Assembly: GCA_036785375.1 (NCBI GenBank)
Contig: JAWMAR010000028.1
Span: 4,340,001 to 4,404,000, forward strand
Direction of reading: 5' to 3'
Length of the DNA stretch: 64,000 nt
DNA from: Leucoraja ocellata
Lineage: Eukaryota
Below, piece after piece: positions 12,153-26,975 of the stretch; position 1 is the first letter of the stretch, and every line of letters starts with the position of its first letter. The notes under the pieces were generated by a model. It had not been told where the DNA came from, did no database searches, and worked only from the letters and a program-made list of their open reading frames with translations. Both the position numbers and the translations under genes were made by a program.

Positions 12153-13336
12153 TCAGGATACAACACGTTTATTAAATGAACTTACAGAATCAGTCTGCAG
12201 AACATAACAGTTCCTAGCAGCTACTCACACTGAGTGGCGTAGGCAAACTCTTGCTGATATAAAACGCATATTGGGTGGAGGAACTACTAACAAGCACTAT
12301 ATTTGGCTAGTAGGGAATAACCAATCTACATCTTTCCTTGTAGAAACAAAAAGAAAACATCGGGACATAGGAACAAAGGGTGGCTAAGCAATACAGGTAG
12401 CGGAACGCTAATAACGCATACGGGGAAGTTTATATAGTTACACAAAATCACCGGATCTAATGGGCGGCCTGCTAACCCGTCCGGCACGTGTGCGGTACGA
12501 ATTCGCTTCACCTCCTTTCACCAGAGAAGATACCGGGGAGGGAACGGGAGACGTAACCGGGGACCCGACGGGGTGGGGTGGTGAGATACTCATTGGTGGT
12601 GACCAATGATCGATATGCATCCCACTTCTGACACCATGTAATGAGTGGAGTCAAACACATATCAGGATACAACTCATGTTTATTAAATGTACTTACAGAA
12701 TCAGTCTGCAGAACATAACAGTTCCTAGCAGCTACTCATACTAAATGGCGTAGGCAAACTCTTGCTGATATAAAACGCATATTTGGCGGAGCAACTACTG
12801 ACAAGCACTAAAGTTGGCTAGTTCGGGAATAACCAATCTACATACGTGACAGGATAGGATGATAATGATTTTTTTACATCCTCGTTGCCTTTTTTAATTC
12901 TGTGCATTCTGCTCTTGGGAGTTCCTCCGTCACTAACTCTTGGTTAACAAACGGCATCAAACCATGGCTTGCAAGGGAAAAATGAATCTCTTAGCCTCTT
13001 TCCTCCTTTTACCTGCTTTCCAATGATCTCCTACTGAACTTTATTTACAAGGCTGAGATTGGGTGTGATATTTCTCTCTGAATATCTGCTCTGTAGAGTT
13101 TATGAAATACTATCTAAAATAGTTGGATTCATGTTAATTAAATAACAGTCTTAGTATGTTGTTTATTTTGTGTTCGCTAATTTTATGGAATCATTGACAA
13201 TTGTTACAAAGGACGGTGTGTTATTGAGCATAACTTTATGTTGAAAGCTTATCTATTGGTTTTTACTGTAAATTATGAAATTAACTAGTTGGGTTTGGCA
13301 GGCTTGTATTATAAAGTGCAAATCTATGGTATTTAA

Positions 13337-15598
<2,262 letters not shown>

Positions 15599-18301
15599 TG
15601 ACAAAAAGGCATCATTAATACTTACATTTTCATCATAATCAACTGTTCAAGTAACAGTGATTTTTCTCTCTTAATGCCCATCTTTCTTGAGGGTGCTCTT
15701 GTTTCATGGAAGCCTGTGATACTCTGTTCATATGTATCAACTGGCCGTTCCTGATGTTGAGCCTAGTTGTAATGGAAAGAGTGAAACACAGCCATGAACA
15801 TGAGGACCTGTTTTGCTGATGGGACTGTACTGTAAAATCATTAATGGTAAAATCAACATGCAGAAGCCAGGTTATTTGATCATGAGGAATCATGGATCCT
15901 CTGTTTGCAAGAATCATCATATAGCAACTATAGATAGGCACAAAATTCTGGAGTTACTCAGCTGGACAGGCACTGGCAGCATCGCTGGAGAGAAGGAATG
16001 GGTGACTTTTCGGATCGAGACCTTTCTTCAGATCATTGTTGATTTTACCATTCTCAGCCCAGATAAGTTGCAAATAAGTCTCATCACAATTGTTTTGCCT
16101 ACATCTGCTAAATATGTATTAAAAAAAAGCAGGTTGGGAGGAAAGGAAGTAGTGAAAAATGTTGCATAACTGACAAAAACTGAAAGTCGATAAAAATATA
16201 ATTAAAATCATCCAGGTAAAATCTCATCTAATCAGCAACAGCAGGGGTAATTGTTCAACAGTTAAAAGACCTGCAGATAATCCCACATTTTTACAATAAC
16301 TGATTATTAGATGGAATTTTTGGAGCTCTTTTAGTTGCGGTAAAGCGCCATCTGTTTTGCATTCTTCACACCTTTTGTACTCGTCACTCTATCAAATACA
16401 CATAGAGCACAGTTTGCGAGAGTAATTCTGCATGAATTAAGATTCGACATGAATCTCTTGCTAAGTGTCATTTCTAATTGGCGGGAAGTGAATGTACAAC
16501 ACAAACAGGCCATAGCAAGGCAAAGACTGCAGTTGCGAGATATCTGACATAAATATGGAAATTGTTGTAAATACTTATAAGGTTGGGCAGCATCTGTAGA
16601 GAGAGTAGAAAATGAATTGTCATTTCAGGTTAATGACCTTTCAGTTTGACAGCACAAACTCTGTATGTGGAGATACCTGTTTTTATTGTAGTAACATTTA
16701 GTCCAGCTCTTCATTGTTAGTCTATGTACTCAACATGAGACTCCTACCCTTTCATATACCTCAACCTTCCTAGTTCAACTAATAGTCTCTTCATTGCTCA
16801 TTTGGTTTCCTTTAGAAAACATCCAAGGTTTTTGTCACAACCATTGTTTGTTTAATTGTAAGTTTGACATTGTCATCAGTCTAAAGAAACCACTCCTTAT
16901 TTCCTTAATTGTTAGCAAGTATTTGTAACCCTTTTCGTTTTATTTTCTCCCACATATGGTAATGTTTTCTCCACAGCTGCTCTCGCCATTATCAGTGAAA
17001 TATTTTCTTAATCTTCCCTTTCCGAATCCGAATGGGAAAAAAGGTCCGGACTGTACAATCTCTCACACAGTTCTAGAGCCAGCTTTATAAATATTTTTCA
17101 TGCTTTACACCAAGTCTGTGTGCATTGCTCCTGGGTGTAATGTTCATGACCTTTGCTTTCTATATTCCCAGAATAAACTGGTTAATATTTTGGCATGTTT
17201 ATGATTTGGCCATCTTGCACTGTTCTTTTTAAATAATTCTATTTGTCTGGATCCCTTTGCATTTCTAACCGTTCAGTTTGCTATCTAAAGTGTAGATGGA
17301 TCATTTTTACCTACCATAATCTCTCATGTCTTATTTATCAAAGTTAAAATTCATTTGCTGCGTAGTTGCCAAGCGTGCACATTTTCTGATGTTATCCTGT
17401 ATTATGTAACATTCTTCCTCATTGTTAGCTACTGCCTGCAGTTTGATGCTGCAGTGCTATTGCTTGTTTAAATCATTCATGTGAAATTTTAAGTGCAGTT
17501 ATTCACAGCACGGTTTGTATGTGGATGTAGCTTCCACCTTCCTTCAATATGTACCTTTCATGGCTGTTTCCTGCTTTCCAATTTTTCTTAGTTAATTTAT
17601 TATCAATCAGGATATCTTATCCTTGTCTTTATGTGCCCCATTTTTTTTTATCATAAACATATTACACAAAAAATTATTAAAGTACTTTTGGAAAAACTCC
17701 ATGAACATTATCAAATAACATGCCAAAGCAAGATGTACATATGTAGAGCATTTGAAGAGCAAGGTATGGAAATCTTGTATAGTGCTCTTACAGGTTCTTC
17801 ATTACGATTCCTGAGGGCAGAAAAGTTATAAAGTAAGAAAGGTAATTGCTGGTAATGCTGTGGATGGCACAGAGACACAACCAGCAGAGGTGCATCCTTA
17901 CAACTCAAACAAACCTCGTTAGGTCCTGACTCCTGCTTCGGTTTGTGTGGAGTTTGCACCTTCACCCTGTAACCGCGGGAGCTCCAATATCCTCCCCAAA
18001 GAATGTGCAGGTCGGAAGATTAATCAAACACTGTAACTTGCTAACACTAGCGAATGCAAACGCTGTAATCTGGAGCAACTAGCAAATGTTTTAAGGAAAT
18101 CACTGGCTCAGGCAGCACCTATGGAGGCTTGGGAGATGGTTAATGTTTCGGGTCAAACGAATCAGAAATTGTTCTTATTATGGACAAATAATAGAATCTG
18201 AGGGGAGTTGATGGCAATGAGGCAAAAATAAAAATAGGATTAGTGTTGGATTTGTGGAAGTGGATGCTTGATGGTTGGTGCAGACTCAATGCATTAATGG
18301 A

Positions 18302-18516
18302 CATGTGTCGGAAGGAACTGCTGATGGTGGTTTAAACCGAAGATAGACACAAAAAGTTGGAGCGGGTCAGACAGCATCTCTGGAGCAAAGGAATAGGTGA
18401 CGTTTCAGGTCAAGACGTCTGAAGAAGGGTCTCGACCCGAAACATCACCTCTTCCTTTTCTCCATAGATGCTTTCTGACCCGCTGAGTTACTCCAGCTTT
18501 TTGTGTCTATCTTCGG
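18302..18516. mobile_element. Penelope-derived fold-back element with hammerhead motif
   Basis: Inverted arms ccgaagatagacacaaaaag...ctttttgtgtctatcttcgg. CTGAAGA...GAAAC at 18419-18443. Flanks attaatggac / attaaaggac. Confidence 0.8.
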
Positions 18517-18641
18517 ATTAAAGGACTTGGTCCTTTGCTATATTATGCGATGACCCCAGAGCTGAAGCAACGGTAATAAGGGTGTAAAGATTGAAATAAT
18601 AGTTACCAACAATCTAATGAGATTTGTTTTTGCACTTGCAG

Positions 18642-18674
18642 AAAAGCAATCAAATCAATCAAGTTTTGAATTTA
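18642..18674 (+). CDS. candidate 33-nt in-frame micro-exon of the KANK gene
   Basis: Acceptor gatttgtttttgcacttgcag, donor TTA|gtaaga, phase 1-1, open (EKQSNQSSFEF). Supported by splice signals only. Confidence 0.35.
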
Positions 18675-19399
18675 GTAAGAAACTGCTTGGCCTTTGCAGC
18701 TTGTGCATTGTGCTGTGAAATCTCTTTCGCGACCTTCCTTTGAAATAGAGATGATGCTAGACCTCTCTGCCTTCCGATAATGTTCATTCAGATTTGTACA
18801 CGAGGTTGAACGGCATTCTTCAAGATATCTGTGTGCATATGTAATTGGGAGAAATATGGTTTGCAGCATCATCAAAAGGGTGCATTAAATCAATGGTTGT
18901 ATTCATTGAAATGAGGCTGCTCTTTTCACAGGGCGAATTTCAGCAACTCAATAATTCATCAAAGAACAGCTTTAACTTCAGCAAGGGCACAGGGAAAATG
19001 CACTTGCTTTCCATTGACTCTTAAATGGAATTCTAAAGAATCTTAAATTGTAAAAAAAAGAATTTGGACATGTTGGTAGCTTTGGGGCAAATGTGCTAGT
19101 TCAAAAGAGAGTTAACTATAAACGCATTGATGGTCCTTCTCCAAATTTAGCAGAGGTCAAATAACAAGAGTATTTGGATTCGTTCATTTGTGGAAGAATG
19201 AGGGTGGACTTGAGGAAGTTCCATTGTCTGAAGTAGTCTTCTTAGCGAGTCCACATCACAAGATTAGAAATTGGCCAGCTGGATCTGAACACACTTCTCA
19301 GCATCTGATCTCCAGAATCCCCTCCAATAACATGCCCGTCATTAATATTCGGCTCACTGGTCTATATTCCCAGGCTTTTTCTTGCAGTCTTTCCTAGTC

Positions 19400-20145
19400 T
19401 GTCAGCATCTCACCTGTGAATATCAATGAAACAAATATCTCTGCAAGATGTCCTACAAATTCCTCATTAGCTTTTCATGATGCTCCAGGATAAACTTGAT
19501 CCCACCCAGTGGATTTATCCACCTTTGTGTTTTAAGACCTCCAACGCCTCTTTTTCTGTATTGTGGACTCTCTCCAAGATATCATTTTTAACTTGCCTGA
19601 GTTTCCTACCATCCATGTTATTCATCTTGCTATGGCTTCATACACACACAGATGGTCTTGTTGATCTTTAAGGAGCCATATTCCCTCCATAGTTACTCTA
19701 TCCTGAATATACTTGGAGAATATCTATGGATTTTGCTTTACCCTCTGTGCCAGAGCTATCTTTTGTTCCCTTTTTGCCCTCCTGATTTCCCTTTTAAGTC
19801 TACTCCTTAAGGGAATCATTAAAGGAATCGCTTCGTCCCAGCTGCCTATACCTGGCACAGCTTATTTTGCTAACCAAATATTTAACATTGCTTGTCATCC
19901 TATTTCTCTCAGTCTTGCCCTTTATTCTAACAGGAACATGCTGGCCTTGAACTCTCCTTATCTTACTTTTAAAAGCCTCCCACTTGCCAGACATCTCTTT
20001 GCCTGCAAATCACCCTCACCCCCTCGTTAAATATTTGATAGCTCACGTCACATGCCATCAAAATTGACCTTGCCCCAATTTAGGAGTCCATCCTTTGGGC
20101 CAGTCCTATCATTTTCCATAATTATTTAAAAACTAATAGTGATAT
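19400..20145 (-). mobile_element. decayed CR1-like LINE internal fragment
   Basis: Minus-strand KWEAFKSKIRRVQGQHVPVRIKGK, typical of the region between endonuclease and RT; heavily degenerate. Confidence 0.6.
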
Positions 20146-20202
20146 TCGATACAGATGATCGTTATTAGATTACCATGGTATAGTTTTGTTAATCAATGTT
20201 TT

Positions 20203-21013
20203 ATGGCTGGTCTAGCACTCTGGTGCCAGGATAACAGCCTCCTCTTGAACATCAAAAAAACGAAGGAGCTGATCATGGACTTTAGGAGGGCACATCATCC
20301 GAGGATGTGCACTCCATTGAGGATAAATGGGGATCCTGTGGATAGGGTGAACTGTTTTAAATATCTGGGAGTCCACATCTCCGAGGATATGACATGGGCA
20401 TCACATGCCTCTGCACTCGTGAGTAAGGCAAGGCAGCGCCTTTACCACCTCAGGCAATTGAGGAAATTCAGAGTGTCTCCGAGGATCCTCCAGTGCTTCT
20501 ATGCAGCGGCGGTGGAAAGCATCTTGTCCGGGAACATTACCATCTGGTTTGGGAATTGCTCTGCCCAGGACAAGAAGGCTCTGCAGAGTAGTGCGTTCAG
20601 CCGAACGCACTATGGGAACTTCACTTGCCCCCCTGCAGGAACTATACATCAGGATATGCAAATCCAGAGCCAACAATATCATGAGAGACCCCTTCCACCC
20701 CTGCAACGGACTGTTCCAGCTGCTACGGTCAGGCAAACGCCTCCGTTGCCATGCAGTGAGAACGGAGAGGTTGAGAAGGAGTTTCTTCCCAGAGGCCATT
20801 TGGACTGTAAATGCCTATCTCACCAGGGACTAACTCTACTGAACGTTTTTCCTTCCATTATTTATTATGTAAAAGAATATGTGTGTTATGATTGTGTTTA
20901 TAGTTTGTTTGGTTGTTTGTCTTTTGCACAAAAGTCCGCGAGCATTGCCACTTTCATTTCACTGCACATCTCGTATGTGTATGTGACAAATAAACTTGAC
21001 TTGACTTGACTTG
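20203..21013 (+). mobile_element. Rex1/Babar-clade LINE 3' fragment
   Basis: WCQDNSLLLNIKKTKELIMDFRR, FKYLGVHISEDMTW, KARQRLYHLRQLRKF; (GACTT)n tail. Very similar to 47346-48134 (-). Confidence 0.88.
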
Positions 21014-21289
21014 ATTTGTGTAATATGAACCCGAAGACATAATGCATGAATATTTATCCAAAAATCTGTGTCAAAAGTGATGAAAAAGATGCTATCAGGA
21101 GATCTCATCACCTGATCACTTGATAGATAGCATCCTTTGAATCACTTTTGTTGTTGATATTGGCAGAACAATTTGTGCATTGTGTATAATCACCTAATTC
21201 TGATGAAACATCACCAGCTTGAAACGTTAACTCTGAATCGCTCCCAATAGGTGCTGCCTGGCTTTAGACTTTACTTTTACACGTTAGAT

Positions 21290-21583
21290 TTTAAGAGATA
21301 CAGCACAGAAACAAACTCTTCGGCTCACTGAGTCCACTCCGACCAACAATTACCCCGTACACTAGCATTATCCTACACACTAAGGACAATTTACAATTTT
21401 ACCAAAGCCAATTAACCTACAAACCCGTACTTCTTTGGAGTGTGGGAGAAAACTGTAGCACCCGAAGAATATCCACACGGTCTCGGGGAGAACGTACAAA
21501 CTACACGCAGATGGAACCCATAGTCTGGATCGTACCCGGGTCTCTGGCGCTGTAAGGCAGCAACTCTACCACTGCGCCACCGT
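21290..21583 (-). mobile_element. HE1-like SINE
   Basis: Reverse complement of head cacggtggcgcagtggtagagttgctgccttacagc through to the tail. Confidence 0.8.
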
Positions 21584-22479
21584 GCAGCTGAGTGACCTGT
21601 TGAGTGTTTCCGGCACTTTGTTTTAATTTCAAACTTCCAACACTTGCAGATTTTTTTTTTTTTGCTTTTTGTTCACCAGAGATATCATGCATATTACATC
21701 TATTGCTTGTTCCAGCGTCTCCACCTGTGACTTTCCAGTGAAACAAAGCAACATCTTGGCAATAGATTAACAACAGTTAAAATGTTGTAGAGCCGTGCTT
21801 AAAAATTGCATAGGCTTCCAGCAAGGAGTATATTTATCATACATTTTCTTTAATTATCGTAAGTTTAACTATCTGGTATACTTGCTGGCAATACAAATGG
21901 CAAAATGTTTTGCTATGGCAGAGAAACAAATCTGGAACAATGTGAAGGGCAACAGACTTGCTCAAAGATGGAGTACAGATAAATTAGCTTAATAATCCTC
22001 CACCTCTCAAAACATGATTTAAATCCAGGCTAGATTAAAATGACATGATATAGAAATTGCAACAGAGGGACGGGATCAGTTCAAGGATTAAACTCGTCAT
22101 GATCAGTAGCAATAGGCAGGCAGGTCCATTGACATTAACAGCCAAAGTGCTCTGTACTCATTTCCCATCAGACAGTTGGATGAGGGAAGGGATTGTAAAC
22201 TATTAAATGCTTACTTCAGTAATTCCAACTGGCCTTTCTGTATTCCGCTGTGTAACTACTTCCTCCTGTTCTCTGTTCCAAATATCACAGCTTTAAATTT
22301 CCATCTGTGTTCCCGATTCATCATTTAATGGAAAAAGTCTATGTTTCAGGATCCTGCAATATTGTTTCATAATTCAACTCATATCTGGCAAATGACCCAT
22401 AAGTATCGTCTAATGGAAACAGCCAATGTTTATTCGATATTTGCTGAGGTTGCAGACTGTTTCCGTCTAACAAATACTG

Positions 22480-22700
22480 AAGATAGACACAAAATGCTGG
22501 AGTAACTCAGCAGGACAGGCAGCATCTCTGGAGAGAAGGAATGGGTGACGTTTCGGGTCAAGACCCCTCTTCAAACTGTAGAAGGGTCTCGACCCGGAAC
22601 GTCACCCATTCCTTCTCTCCAGAGATGCTGCCCGTCCCACTGAGTTACTCCAGCATTTTGTGTCAATCTTCAGTTTAAACCAGCATCTGTAGTTCCTTCC
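22480..22700. mobile_element. Penelope-derived fold-back element
   Basis: ~95-bp near-perfect inverted arms. Flanks aacaaatactga / aacaaattctga. Confidence 0.85.
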
Positions 22701-22779
22701 CAACAAATTCTGAATCTGTTTAACATGAAATCAATCCAGTTGATTTACCCATACTCCAAGGGGATGTCATAGGGTCCGT

Positions 22780-23220
22780 GTCATGGGGAAACACGCTCTT
22801 CAGTCAAACTTGTCCATGCCGTCTAAAATGCCCATCTATGCTAGCCCCGTTGACCCATATCCCTCTAAACCTTGTTTAAGAAGGAACTGCAGATGCTGGA
22901 GAATGGAAGGTACACAAAAAAGCTGGAGAAACTCAGCGGGTGCAGCAGCATCTATGGAGCGAAGGAAATGCTGCTGCACCTGCTGAGTTTCTCCAGCTTT
23001 TTTGTGTACCTTCCCTCTAAACCTTACTTATCCGGGTACCCGTCCAAATGTTTTTTAAATGTTGTTATTGTACCTGCCTCAAATACTTCCTCTCGCAGCC
23101 TATTTCACATACCCACCACCCTCTGGGTGAATAAGTTTCCCCTCAGGTTCCTATTAAATATTTCTCCTCTCACCTTAAACTTATATCCTCCAGTTCTTGA
23201 TTTCCTAATCGTGGGGGAGA
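22780..23220 (-). mobile_element. CR1 3' fragment with nested short Penelope-derived insert
   Basis: Insert about 22874-23012 is bounded by the direct repeat ccctctaaacctt; host is a CR1-type tail. Confidence 0.7.
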
Positions 23221-23865
23221 AGAATGTTTGGATTCACGTGAGAGTAAACCATTGGTTATGGACTGTCATTAACATAGACTTCATCTTCACCTTCCATCTT
23301 CATCAAGGAAGGTGGAAGGTGAAAACAAGTTACCATTTGGGTCAAAAACACTTTAGAACTGCCAAGAAGGAAAACATTGCAGAGAGTATCGAGCAGGGAT
23401 AAACAGGACATAGGAGAGGGTTTGGGACAAGCAGTGGATGAAATTATCCGGTCAGTGCTTTAAAGGGGGTAGTTAGAGTGAGAACCTGAACAAAGGAACA
23501 TACAAGCTTGTCATTGCACCCATTCTTCTTGTCTCGAAGGAAGAAGAAAATGTTTTTTTTTAATTGTTGGTCCGATGTAGTTTAAGAACAATTTCCCTAC
23601 CTGGCAGACTAGTCTGGAAAGTGTGGGAAGTAACTCTGAGGAAGGGTCTCCACCCGAAACGTCACCCGCACCTTCTCGCCAGAGTTCGTGCCTGTCCCGC
23701 TGAGTTACTGCAGCATTTTGTTTCTATCTTTGACTAGTCTGGAATGCAGAAATGGTAAGTCTGCAGTACATAAATTCTGCATGCAGTGCAAAAATATGAC
23801 TGGTGCATCTCAAAGGCTTTGGTTCCATTGAAATTTCTCTTGAATTAGTTTGTATTGTATTTCAG

Positions 23866-23973
23866 AAACTGACGCTGTGCATCACGTCATTCACGTGGAG
23901 CCGTCGCCATCATCCTCTGAACCTCTGGACTACAGGACCCACAGCCAGCTACAAATGTGCATCAGTGATGCAG
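23866..23973 (+). CDS. KANK4: candidate 108-nt cassette exon of the KANK gene
   Basis: Acceptor tgtattgtatttcag; open in the required frame (ETDAVHHVIHVEPSPSSSEPLDYRTHSQLQMCISDA). Weak donor CAG|gtctaa, phase 1-1. Confidence 0.5.
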
Positions 23974-24074
23974 GTCTAACTCCCTGAAGACCAAGTAAAA
24001 TGATTCATTTGTTCGAGAAACATAACTGCGGCCATTATCAAGTGATTGTCATTTTCTTTATTTTATCTATACAG

Positions 24075-24186
24075 CTACGTTTCAATCCACATCTCTTAAA
24101 TCTATTATGAAAAAAAGCAGTGGAGATAACAAATCAGATGGTTCACCAGCCAAAAAAAATCTTCAGTTCATTGGTGTGAATGGCGG
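24075..24186 (+). CDS. KANK4: KANK4-like exon (LKSIMKK...KKNLQFIGVNGG)
   Basis: Acceptor tctatacag, donor GG|gtaagc. Encodes the KANK-conserved LKSIMKK and KNLQFxGVNGG motifs; phase 1 to 2. Confidence 0.92.
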
Positions 24187-24305
24187 GTAAGCATTAAGTA
24201 AGAGTTGCTGGCCTTTGACAACCTGTGATGTGCACAGAATTGATCTTGTATCTGAATTATGTCATTTGCACTGGTTCGTTGAACAAATATATATATTTCT
24301 TTAAG

Positions 24306-24512
24306 TTACGAAACCACATCAAGTGAAAATTCCAACTCGGAAGGCAGCTCAGAGAGCGAATCGGAGAAGGAAGGTGTCAACGCAAGAGACCAAGTGCAAC
24401 ATGCTGACAACAAAGCAGAACTATGTCCAGAATCAGAGAGAGCAGGACCTGAAGAGATCCAGCAAACAGCAAGCGATGCTGCAGCCACAAGTATGCAAGA
24501 CTGCACAAAAAG
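24306..24512 (+). CDS. KANK4: KANK4-like exon (YETTSSE, acidic/Ser-rich)
   Basis: Acceptor tttctttaag, donor AG|gtacag. Completes the GGYETTSS motif; phase 2 to 2. Confidence 0.88.
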
Positions 24513-24919
24513 GTACAGTGACTGTTCTGATAGTCGTGAGCAATAAACATTTGAGGAAAACAATTAAATGCAACGGATATCGGGCTGGAATCTGGGTACT
24601 AGTCCAACGTTAAGTCCATCTGATGTATGTGTAGGGTGCATTTGAATTTCAACTTATCTTATTTCATCCATTAACTCTAATGATCACAGGGTGAGGGCAC
24701 TAGTCTCCCAACTAGTGGGCAGCTAGTATACACTACAACAATGAAAGCCATCTAGTTTCCTGTAAACATGGGAAGAAATAGAATAAAGGGCATGACTTCT
24801 CTTCCCGTTCCCATAGTGAATTCCTCTTCCCGTTCACATACTTCATCTCCCAGTTGCTCACCATTTTAACTCCTTTTTCCATTCCCCTACTGCCTGGCTC
24901 TGTACCTTGTTCCTTACTT

Positions 24920-25605
24920 TCATCCAGGTGAGACGGAGGTTCATGTGCATCTCCTGGAACCTCATCTACTGCATCGGGAGTCCCTGATGTGGCCTCCTGT
25001 ACATTGGGAAGACCAAGCGTGGACCCGGTGGATGTTGCGCTGAACACGTGTGCTCGGCCCTCTATCTAAGGCCTTCTGGATCTCCCGGTTGCCAACAATT
25101 TTAACTCCCCTTCCCATTCCCATACTGACCTTTCTGTCTTGGTTCTCCTCCATTGCCACACACAAACTGGAGGAACAGCACCTCATATTGCGCAAGGATA
25201 CCTTACAACCCAATAGTATGAGCATTGAATTCTCCAATTTTAGATAACTATAAATGCCCCCCCCCCCTCCCTTCTGCCCCCACAATCCACCCCCCTTCTT
25301 TCCGTCCCCCCCTTTCCCCTGTGTCCCACCTGGACTTGCACCAGTTTCTGCCTTCCCCCTCCCTTCCACCCACATTCCTTCCTCTAGCTTCACAATTCAC
25401 AAACATTCAATGATTTTGTCTCACGCCTTTTGTCTTGTCATCTTCTGTCTTTGTCCATCCATCTTCCTATCAAACCATTATCTTGTTTAAGGAGGAACTG
25501 CAGATGCTGGAAAAAGAATGGTTTCGGCCCGAAACGTTGCCTATTTCCTTCGCTCCATAGATGCAGCCGCACCAGCTGAGTTTCGCCAGCACTTTTGTCT
25601 ACCTC
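24920..25605 (+). mobile_element. decayed Penelope-like fragment (GIY-YIG) plus short derivative
   Basis: Homologous to 11594-12152 (KLEEQHLILR...PNSMSIEFSNFR); frameshifted. Confidence 0.75.
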
Positions 25606-26441
25606 CATCCTATTATCTGCCAGGCTTCCTCTCTTCCTGCTTTATTCGCCAAACCCCCTGCCCCCACCTACCCCCCTCCCCCCCCCCCCCAAACACCACA
25701 CAATGAGCCTTAAGCGTCCCAACTCAAAACACCACCTATCCATATTCTCCAAAGATGTTGCCTGACCTGCTGAGTTACTCCAGAACATTGTGTCTTTTTT
25801 TTTTGTAAACCAGTGTCAGCAGTTTCTTGTTTCTGCACTATTGGAATCAATCTGGTTTAAAGCTGATATGACTCTTCCCAGAACAGCATTCTGGTCCTGA
25901 TTGCAAATTCCACATTATCAGCCAGGCCATAACCAAGTTAAAGTGATACATCACACCAGTTATAGACCATGGGAGATGGATTATTAGTGATAAAATAATA
26001 ATAGTACTGAACGAGTCATAAACTCCTGCCCAGAGGGTGGTCAGTGATGAATGTGTCACTGGTAACCTAAAGCGTTTGAGAGAGTCTGTGACAATGATTA
26101 ACTCCCCCAAAAGCTGTCGAGCCACCTCAACTAACATCTTAAAGGCTAAAATCAAGATATTTTTGTTATCAGGTGAACCGTCCCCCACCCTCCTTACCCA
26201 TATCGGCCGATCACTTTCCAGGCTATGCCCCACCCCCACCTCTCTTCCAGCTTTCTCGCCCACTGCTACAATCAGTCTGACGGAGGGTGTGGTGACTTCC
26301 CTTCCTTTGCCTCACCCTCATACTTTTACCTGGAAATGATAAATGTTGAGTTCTCCCAAAATGGAGGATCTGAGCATGTTTGGAACAAATTTAAGGACAT
26401 TATGATATGGTAATCCATTAAAGAAATAGCTGACCTGAACT

Positions 26442-26768
26442 GGGTGGCACAGTGGTGTAGGAAGGGTGGCACAGTGGTAGAGCTATTGCCTTACAGTACC
26501 AGAGACCCGGGTTCGATCCTGACTACGGGTGCTGTCTGTATGGAGTTTGTATGTTCTCCCCATGACCTGCGTGGGTTTTCTCCGAGATCTTCAATTTCCT
26601 CCCACACTCCAAAGACGTACAGGTTTGTAGGTTAATTGGCTTGGTGTAAATGTAAAATTGTCCCTAGTGTGTAAGGTAGTGTTAATGTGCAGGGGTCGCT
26701 GGTCGGTGCGGGCCTGGTGGGCCAAGGGGCCTGTTTCTGCGCTGTACCTCTAAACTAAACTAAACTAA
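26442..26768 (+). mobile_element. HE1-like tRNA-derived SINE, full length
   Basis: Head gggtggcacagtggt (present twice), B-box ggttcgatcc, central domain, CR1-like tail and (taaac)n. Confidence 0.85.
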
Positions 26769-26975
26769 TTGGTTCTGGAGTTCGCAACAGAATGGCCCCT
26801 TCTATTCTATACAGAATGGCTTGTGTGTATCTCATCCGGTCCATTGAGTTACGAGATAAACCTTTTATATTGGGTGCATTGGATGGCAGACCAGCGCACT
26901 ACTTTATGTAAAATTACCAGATCATGAGCCCATTCAAGAATAATTAATACAACTTAGTTTATGTGTTCCTTGCAG

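Larger units (their letters stand above)
11567..12842 (-). mobile_element. miniature non-autonomous Gypsy-type LTR retrotransposon (TRIM-like)
   Basis: Two ~206-bp TGTA...TACA LTRs (11567-12330, interrupted; 12637-12842). 5-bp TSD TACGT at 11562-11566 and 12843-12847. 18-nt PBS at 12619-12636, purine tract next to the other LTR, 306-bp interior. Confidence 0.92.

Noticed and set aside
12619-12636. tRNA-Leu gene
   Set aside because: Only the 3' 18 nt including CCA are present, directly beside an LTR, so it is a primer-binding site.
22351-22372. Acceptor tgtttcag as another KANK exon
   Set aside because: In-frame TAA after seven codons, with no donor before it.
26442-26530. tRNA genes at SINE heads
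   Set aside because: A/B-box-like sequence continues into a repeated SINE body; no complete cloverleaf.
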